NCBI GenBank assembly: GCA_902573295.1 | Contig: CACGJB010000002.1 | Location: 8,433 to 72,432, forward strand | Origin: an uncultured Pelagibacteraceae bacterium | GTDB taxonomy: Bacteria; Pseudomonadota; Alphaproteobacteria; Pelagibacterales; Pelagibacteraceae | Reading direction: 5' to 3' | DNA length: 64,000 bases | Part shown: positions 57,906 to 64,000 of the stretch, piece after piece | Numbering within the stretch: position 1 is the stretch's first letter | Layout of the letters: every line of letters starts with the position of its first letter | Program-made: the position numbers and the translations under genes | Notes under the pieces: generated by a model | What the model was told of the DNA's origin: nothing | Database searches by the model: none | The model's input: only the letters and a program-made list of their open reading frames with translations

Positions 57906-58874
57906 CTAGCTTATTTTAATTTTTGTAAAACATGTATGACGTTTATTTGGTTCAATTAAAGTGCTAGGGAAATTTTTTTTATTTGGAGTATCAGGAAAAT
58001 ATTGTGTTTCTAAACATATGCCCTGGTAAGGAAATAATTTTTTTTTATAATTCAGATTTTGTGCTGAATAAACTTGAACACCAGGCAAATTAGAAAAAAA
58101 ATCTACTTGAATATTGCTATTATTATTTTTTAAAGTTCCAACGAAATTTCTGGTATTTTTCTTAATAATAAATGTGGTGTCAAAACCTTTAAATTTAAGA
58201 TTCAGCTTTTTATTTTTAAAATAATCTAATTTTTTTCCAATGTTTTCAAAATTTAAAAAATCATAAATAGATTTTTTTACACTTTTAAATCTACCTGTTG
58301 GAATTAAATTTTTATTTATTTGAAGATATTTATATGAGTTTAATTTTAAATCATGATTATAAATCATGTTTTTTTTATTTTTTTCTAAATTCCAATAACT
58401 ATGATTGGTTAAATTAACATGAGTACTTTTATTAGATTTATATTCATATTTTATAATCAGAAATTTATCTCTTAATTGATAACTACAATTGACAACTAAA
58501 TTTCCTGGAAAGCCTTGATCTTTATCTCTTGAATATATTTGATATACTATTTTGTCTTTTGTTTGATTTAATTTTTTCCATGGTAGTATTGAGAAACCAA
58601 CTTTACCACCGTGAAGTATATTTTTTCCTTCATTTGCACTTAAAATAAATTTTTTATTACCTATCTTAAATTTTGAATTAGAAATTCTACCCGCATACCT
58701 TCCACAGGTCGATCCAACACTTGGATGTTTGTACCGATAATTTTCTCTTGATCCTAAATTTAAAATTAAATTTATTTTCTTTTTCTTGTGATAGACTTCA
58801 AAAAGACTTGCCCCGTAATTAAGAGTTTGAACTCTTAGATATTTATTTTGAATTGTAGAGTTTTCAATTTTCAC
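57906..58874 (-). CDS. galM: Aldose 1-epimerase
   Basis: GRYAGRI, LHGG, GFPG, NLTNHSYWNL, CLETQ. Confidence 0.92.
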   Translation of the reverse strand: MKIENSTIQNKYLRVQTLNYGASLFEVYHKKKKINLILNLGSRENYRYKHPSVGSTCGRYAGRISNSKFKIGNKKFILSANEGKNILHGGKVGFSILPWKKLNQTKDKIVYQIYSRDKDQGFPGNLVVNCSYQLRDKFLIIKYEYKSNKSTHVNLTNHSYWNLEKNKKNMIYNHDLKLNSYKYLQINKNLIPTGRFKSVKKSIYDFLNFENIGKKLDYFKNKKLNLKFKGFDTTFIIKKNTRNFVGTLKNNNSNIQVDFFSNLPGVQVYSAQNLNYKKKLFPYQGICLETQYFPDTPNKKNFPSTLIEPNKRHTCFTKIKIS

Positions 58875-58879
58875 CTAGA

Positions 58880-59641
58880 TCAAGTTATACCACCGTCAAC
58901 AATAAAGCTTTGTTTTGTGCATCCAGATGATTGATCTGATGCTAAAAACATTACCATTTGAGCAACATCATTGGGTTTTAATTGTCTTTTTAAAGCCTGA
59001 CTGTCTAAAATAAGCTTTTTATACTTAGGGGTTAACCAATGTTTTATTTGTCTCTCAGTAGCTATAGATCCAGGGACTACTGAATTTGTTCTGATATTAT
59101 ATTTTCCATATTCTTGTGCAAAAGATCTGGTTAATCCTACTACTGCAGATTTTGCAGTTTCATAAACTACTTTATCACCCTCACCTAACATCCACGAAAC
59201 AGAACTTAAATTTACAATCGAGCCAGCTTTCATTTTTTTCATCGATTTAACTACAGCTTTAGCTGCAAAAAAATAATGTTTTAAATTAATTGCCATTCTA
59301 TTTTCCCAATATTTTTCATCTACTTGATCTGTTGTATGTCTATCATCATTGGCAGCGTTATTAATTAAAGCATGTATTGGACCTTTTTTTGCAATAATAT
59401 TTTTAATTGTTTTTTCTAATTTGCTAATATCTAACAAATTACATTCAATAAACGTTGGGGCTCTAAATTTATTTTTCTTAATTTTGTTTAAAAGTTTTTT
59501 TGTTTCTTTTAGATCAATATCTACAAAATAAACTTCACTTCCTTGCTCACAAAAATGTTCAACAATTGAAGCACCAATTCCCGAGCCACCTCCAGTTATG
59601 AATACTCTTTTATTTCTTAAATCAGAATATTTAACTTTCAT
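58880..59641 (-). CDS. SDR sugar dehydrogenase (xylose/arabinose/glucose dehydrogenase-like)
   Basis: TGGGSGIG, NNAANDDRH, YETAK; in a sugar ABC operon. Confidence 0.85.
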   Translation of the reverse strand: MKVKYSDLRNKRVFITGGGSGIGASIVEHFCEQGSEVYFVDIDLKETKKLLNKIKKNKFRAPTFIECNLLDISKLEKTIKNIIAKKGPIHALINNAANDDRHTTDQVDEKYWENRMAINLKHYFFAAKAVVKSMKKMKAGSIVNLSSVSWMLGEGDKVVYETAKSAVVGLTRSFAQEYGKYNIRTNSVVPGSIATERQIKHWLTPKYKKLILDSQALKRQLKPNDVAQMVMFLASDQSSGCTKQSFIVDGGIT

Positions 59642-59643
59642 TT

Positions 59644-60738
59644 TTATATTCTTTCTTCAGTTTGAGAATCAAACAATGATGTTTGAGTTAAATCAAAATA
59701 TAATTTTGTTTCTTTTGTTAATTCAATTTTAATTGTTGAAGGAAATTTAGCTAGAATTTCTTGATTAGCATAATCAAATGTCATAATTTGCTCATGGCCG
59801 ATGTACTCACTTAAATCCGCTCTTAAAGTAACTTCAAAATCAGTTTCATTAGATTTTTTGAAGTAAATATGCTCTGGTCTTATACCAAAGAAAACTTCTT
59901 TATTATTTAAATTAGATTTATCTTTGAATTCATATCCTTTTACTGGAATTTCAAAATTAGAACCACTTGCTGTAAAAGATATTTCGCCTGAGCTTTCTTT
60001 CAAACTACCTTTAATTAAATTCATTGATGGTGATCCAATAAAGTCAGCTACAAAAGTGTTGCTTGGTTTGTTGTAAATATTTTCAGGAGTATCATTTTGC
60101 TGAATAACACCATGATTCATAATTGCAATTCTTGTTCCTAAACTCATCGCTTCTGTTTGATCGTGAGTTACGTATACAACTGTTGTTTTTAATTGTTGGT
60201 GAAGTTTTTTAATTTCTCTCCTCATCTCAACTCTTAATTTTGCATCTAAGTTAGACAAAGGTTCATCAAATAAAAATATTCTTGGTTCTCTTACTAATGC
60301 TCTTCCAATAGCAACTCTTTGTCTTTGTCCGCCAGACAATTGAGATGGTTTTCTTTCTAACAATTGATCAACTTGTAAAAATTTAGATACCTTCTCTAGC
60401 TGTTGTTCAATTTTTTCTTTTGAAGTCTTTGCTTGTTTAAGACCAAAAATCATATTCTCTCTTACATTCATTGAAGGATATAAAGCGTATGATTGGAAAA
60501 CCATTGCAATATTTCTATCTTTTGGCTCTACTTTACTGACATTATAATCATCAATAAAAACGTTACCTTCATTAATTGTCTCCAAACCTGCAATAATGTT
60601 TAATAATGTAGATTTTCCACATCCTGAAGGACCTAGTAAAACTAAAAAATTTCCCTCATCTATCTCTAAATTAATTTTTCTTAATACTTCTGTAGATCCA
60701 AAATTTTTTGATAGATCTTCAATTTTTAATGTTTTCAT
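59644..60738 (-). CDS. Sugar ABC transporter ATP-binding protein (MalK family)
   Basis: GPSGCGKS, VFQSYALYP, LSGGQRQR, FIGSP. Confidence 0.95.
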   Translation of the reverse strand: MKTLKIEDLSKNFGSTEVLRKINLEIDEGNFLVLLGPSGCGKSTLLNIIAGLETINEGNVFIDDYNVSKVEPKDRNIAMVFQSYALYPSMNVRENMIFGLKQAKTSKEKIEQQLEKVSKFLQVDQLLERKPSQLSGGQRQRVAIGRALVREPRIFLFDEPLSNLDAKLRVEMRREIKKLHQQLKTTVVYVTHDQTEAMSLGTRIAIMNHGVIQQNDTPENIYNKPSNTFVADFIGSPSMNLIKGSLKESSGEISFTASGSNFEIPVKGYEFKDKSNLNNKEVFFGIRPEHIYFKKSNETDFEVTLRADLSEYIGHEQIMTFDYANQEILAKFPSTIKIELTKETKLYFDLTQTSLFDSQTEERI

Positions 60739-60740
60739 TA

Positions 60741-61646
60741 TTATCCTTTCACTGCTCCTGAAGTTAATCCTCTAATAAAATATTTACCTGCTAAAACATA
60801 CACAATAAGTGTTGGTACTCCTGCTATGATTGCTGACGCCATATCAACATTGTATTCTTTAACACTTGTGCTTGATAAAACCATGTTATTTAAAGCAACT
60901 TGAATTGGTGCTGCCTCACCAAATGAAAAAGTTGATCCAAACAAAAAGTCATTCCAAATTTGAGTAAACTGCCAAATAACTGTTACAACAATTATTGGCG
61001 CTGATATCGGAAGTAAAATTTTGAAAAATATTTTAAAGAAACCTGCTCCATCAATTCTTGCAGCTTTCACTAATTCTGTTGGAACTGACACATAGTAATT
61101 TCTAAAAAACAAAGTGGTAAATGGAATTCCATAAACAGTATGAACTAATACTAATCCAACAATAGAATTTGATATTCCTAATGCACCTAAAGTTCTAGCC
61201 ATTGGAAGTAATATTGCTTGAAAAGGAATAAAACATCCAAATAATAAAAACAAGAAAACCCAACTGTCTCCTTTAAATCTCCATTTAGTTAAAACATATC
61301 CTGTCATTGCTCCAATTAAGGTAGAAAAAAATACTGCTGGTACAACCATCTTAATTGAATTCCAAAAATAAGGTTTTAAAAAAGTATCTCCTGCTCCATA
61401 TCCTCTTCCTCCCCAAGCAACTGCCCAAGAATCAAAATTTAATCCACTCGGCCAAGATAAAAGTGTTCCTTGACGTATCTCTTCCATTGTTTTTAATGAA
61501 GTAACAACCATTACATATAACGGAAAAATAAAATAAGAAGCAAATAGAATTAAAACAAAATACAAAAACCATCTTAAAAACATATTTGTGTATTTCGATT
61601 TTTGCTCAAGCTGTTGGTAAGAAGATGATTTTAAATTATCTTGCAT
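60741..61646 (-). CDS. Sugar ABC transporter permease
   Basis: KAARIDGA EAA loop, WQFTQIWNDF. Confidence 0.93.
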   Translation of the reverse strand: MQDNLKSSSYQQLEQKSKYTNMFLRWFLYFVLILFASYFIFPLYVMVVTSLKTMEEIRQGTLLSWPSGLNFDSWAVAWGGRGYGAGDTFLKPYFWNSIKMVVPAVFFSTLIGAMTGYVLTKWRFKGDSWVFLFLLFGCFIPFQAILLPMARTLGALGISNSIVGLVLVHTVYGIPFTTLFFRNYYVSVPTELVKAARIDGAGFFKIFFKILLPISAPIIVVTVIWQFTQIWNDFLFGSTFSFGEAAPIQVALNNMVLSSTSVKEYNVDMASAIIAGVPTLIVYVLAGKYFIRGLTSGAVKG

Positions 61647-62511
61647 TTTCTCTCCTTAATTCTGAATATAAATACGGAATGATGACTGCAGCTACGGCCA
61701 TAAACATCATCATCGCACTTGCTGCAGATAATCCAACTTGACTTTTGTGAAATGCTGCTTGTGTCATAAATAATGCAGGCATCGTGGTAGAGATGCCTGG
61801 GCCACCTTGGGTTAAGGCAACAATCAAATCATAACTTTTAATTGAGATATGAACTAAAATTACAAAACTTGTAAAAAATACTGGCCTCATCATTGGCAAC
61901 AATATTCTCCAGTAAACTGTGAACAAACCAGCACCGTCAATTTTTGCAGCTTTCACGATTTCATCCTCAACAGATCTTAATCCTGCTAGAAATAAAGCCA
62001 TAACAAATCCTGCCGATTGCCAAACACCTGCTATGACTATGGTGTAAATTGCCATTTCCCTGTTAACCAACCAATCAAAGGTAAAGTTTTCAAAACCCCA
62101 ATCTATAAACATTTTTTGAATACCAAGAGTTGGGTTTAAAATCCATTTCCAAGCTGTACCTGTTACGATAAATGATAAAGCCATTGGGTATAAATAGATT
62201 GTTCTTAATACTCCTTCTGCTCTTATTTTTTGATCTAGAAAGATTGCTAAAATTATTCCAATCACAATACAAAAAATTAAAAATAAAGCTGTGAAAATAA
62301 GTAAATTATCTACTGAAATAAGCCATTTTCGAGATGCCCATAATTTTTCATATTGTCCAAATCCCCACAATTCGTATTTCGGTAAAATTTTAGAATTAGT
62401 AAAAGATATATATAAAGTCCAAAGTACAAAGCCATATACAAACCAACCTATTAACCCAACAGCAGGAGCCATTACAATTTTAGGTAAATTTTTTTCTAAC
62501 CACTTGAACAT
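61636..62511 (-). CDS. Sugar ABC transporter permease
   Basis: LYPMALSFIVTG, KAAKIDGA, TQGGPG. Confidence 0.93.
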   Translation of the reverse strand: MFKWLEKNLPKIVMAPAVGLIGWFVYGFVLWTLYISFTNSKILPKYELWGFGQYEKLWASRKWLISVDNLLIFTALFLIFCIVIGIILAIFLDQKIRAEGVLRTIYLYPMALSFIVTGTAWKWILNPTLGIQKMFIDWGFENFTFDWLVNREMAIYTIVIAGVWQSAGFVMALFLAGLRSVEDEIVKAAKIDGAGLFTVYWRILLPMMRPVFFTSFVILVHISIKSYDLIVALTQGGPGISTTMPALFMTQAAFHKSQVGLSAASAMMMFMAVAAVIIPYLYSELRRENAR

Positions 62512-62541
62512 TGTAAATATTTTTTATTTTAAGATTTAAAA

Positions 62542-62571
62542 AAAAGGCCACTTAATCAAAAGTGGCCTTTT
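62542..62571 (-). terminator. Stem-loop/terminator after the sugar-binding protein gene
   Basis: AAAAGGCCACTT-aatcaa-AAGTGGCCTTTT with a U-run on the minus strand. Confidence 0.85.
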
Positions 62572-62583
62572 AATTTTTATGTA

Positions 62584-63840
62584 CTACATATTAGCTAAAA
62601 CTGAGTCTGCTAAAGCGTTAGCAGCATCTACAGATGACATATCAGAGTTAAAGTGCTCTGTGATAATATCTTGTAGGGCAGCTTTCATAGTATTACCTTG
62701 AGCCATACCGTGAGCAAAGCTTGGTACTAATCCACCGCTTGCACCTGCAGTTTTGATATCTGCATTAGATGTTTTTGCACATTTGTCAAATTCATCCATT
62801 GATACGTCTAAACGAGCCGGGATAGAACCTTTGTATAAGTTGAAAACTTTTTGGAAGTTTTTACCCATCATAAGCTTAGCTAGTAATTTTTGACCAGCTT
62901 GTTTATCTGGATCGCTAGATTTGTAAAAGATAAAACTATCTACGTTATATAAGTATCCATTGTTTGAAGGAGTAGCAGCACAGTAGTAATCTACACCTGG
63001 AACTTTTCCAGCAGCTGTAAATTCACCTTTTGCCCAGTCACCCATAATTTGGAAACCAGCTTTTCCTTCAATAACCATACCAGTAGCAACGTTCCAGTCT
63101 CTTCCCGGGCTACCTTCATCAGTAAAGCCTTTAAGCTTTCTCATTTGGTCAAATACTTTAACTGTTGTTTCGCTTCTTAAACAACTTTCTTTAAGATCTA
63201 CGTAACAGTTTTTGTAATAGTTATTTCCACCAAGACCCATAGCAACTGCTTCAAATACTGTAGCATCTTGCCAAGCTTGACCGCCATGTGCAAATGGAAT
63301 GATACCAGCAGCTTGTAATTTTTCAGCAGCAGCATTTAACTCATCCCAGGTACTTGGAACTGAAATACCGTTAGCATCAAATACAGCTTTGTTTGCCCAC
63401 ATCCAGTCAATTCTGTGAATATTTACTGGAGCAGCACAATAAGGTCCACTGTTATTTTCACACTTGTGAATAGCTGCAATCATTGGATCTAATAAATTGT
63501 CCCAACCTTCTGATTTAGCAACTTCATCTATATTATATGGAGCTACAACACCCTCTTGGTCATACTCTTGAATTGTAGGCCCTTTAATTTGTGATGCTGA
63601 TGGAGGGTCACCAGCAACGATTCTTGCTTTTAGTGCAACGTTAGCAGCGTCTCCACCACCACCTGTTACAGGCATGTCCATCCATTCACCGCCGTTTGCA
63701 GCGAAATCATCTTTTAAAACTTTAAGTGCAGCAGCTTCACCACCAGACGTCCACCAGTGCAACACCTCGATCTTAGGTCCTGCGATTGATGAAGTAGATG
63801 TAAACGCTAATGTGATTAAAGCGATTATTATTTTTTTCAT
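62584..63840 (-). CDS. Sugar (probably glucose) ABC transporter substrate-binding protein
   Basis: EVLHWWTSGGEAAAL, PVNIHR, QIMGDWAKGEF, KGSIPAR (GtsA-like). Confidence 0.92.
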   Translation of the reverse strand: MKKIIIALITLAFTSTSSIAGPKIEVLHWWTSGGEAAALKVLKDDFAANGGEWMDMPVTGGGGDAANVALKARIVAGDPPSASQIKGPTIQEYDQEGVVAPYNIDEVAKSEGWDNLLDPMIAAIHKCENNSGPYCAAPVNIHRIDWMWANKAVFDANGISVPSTWDELNAAAEKLQAAGIIPFAHGGQAWQDATVFEAVAMGLGGNNYYKNCYVDLKESCLRSETTVKVFDQMRKLKGFTDEGSPGRDWNVATGMVIEGKAGFQIMGDWAKGEFTAAGKVPGVDYYCAATPSNNGYLYNVDSFIFYKSSDPDKQAGQKLLAKLMMGKNFQKVFNLYKGSIPARLDVSMDEFDKCAKTSNADIKTAGASGGLVPSFAHGMAQGNTMKAALQDIITEHFNSDMSSVDAANALADSVLANM

Positions 63841-64000
63841 ATCTTCCTCTTTTTAGTTAACTATTTTTTTTAAAAAAAAATAACTATAGGTAGATTGTTG
63901 GATAATTGATAATTAAAAAAAAAAATTCAACTAAAAGTTGATATTTAATTTAAATAAAAAATTATAATTTTTTCTTTTTTTTTAAAATTATACAATTTCT

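Noticed and set aside
649-63856. Many 60-108 aa ORFs in the track that are antisense to or nested in long genes (e.g. 649-948, 15681-15968, 36005-36685, 39635-39949, 57114-57440)
   Set aside because: Shadow frames of well-supported genes, with no motifs or RBS
63850-64000. Short palindromes upstream of the sugar-binding protein gene (TAGTTAACTA, TCAACT-N3-AGTTGA)
   Set aside because: Extremely AT-rich region; cannot be distinguished from chance
1-64000. CRISPR arrays, tRNA/rRNA genes, transposases, integrases, prophage
   Set aside because: No repeat-spacer pattern, cloverleaf or mobile-element protein recognised; intergenic gaps are mostly too short

Overview
AT-rich, very tightly packed alphaproteobacterial chromosome segment. 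Gene content and compactness point to SAR11/Pelagibacterales (inference). About 0.4-21.5 kb is a sulfonate-catabolism and sulfite-disposal region: TRAP transporter, IseJ-like GMC oxidoreductase, TerC/YjbE, HpsO-like SDR, xsc, suyAB, YeiH and TauE exporters, and aprMBA with no sat in the window. An sxtIJK-like carbamoyltransferase cassette sits inside the xsc transcription unit. The rest holds HIT-pabCAB-MFS-metC, mnmA, cysQ, recX, rfbFG, bcp, amtB, HU, rseP, yajQ, a DEAD-box helicase, tesA/ybbAP, a RamB-family regulator divergent from aceA, a DmdA-like aminomethyltransferase, a frameshifted ABC ATPase, a ThiV-like symporter and a sugar ABC-SDR-galM operon. The main points of interest are a TPP-riboswitch variant whose pyrophosphate-sensing arm is altered, a HIT hydrolase beside sat-less aprMBA, an uncalled 27-aa very basic peptide gene, several other uncalled small ORFs, and CU-rich structured 3'UTRs of amtB and aceA. 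No rRNA, tRNA, CRISPR array or mobile element was recognised. All calls rest on motif recognition and gene context, not database searches.
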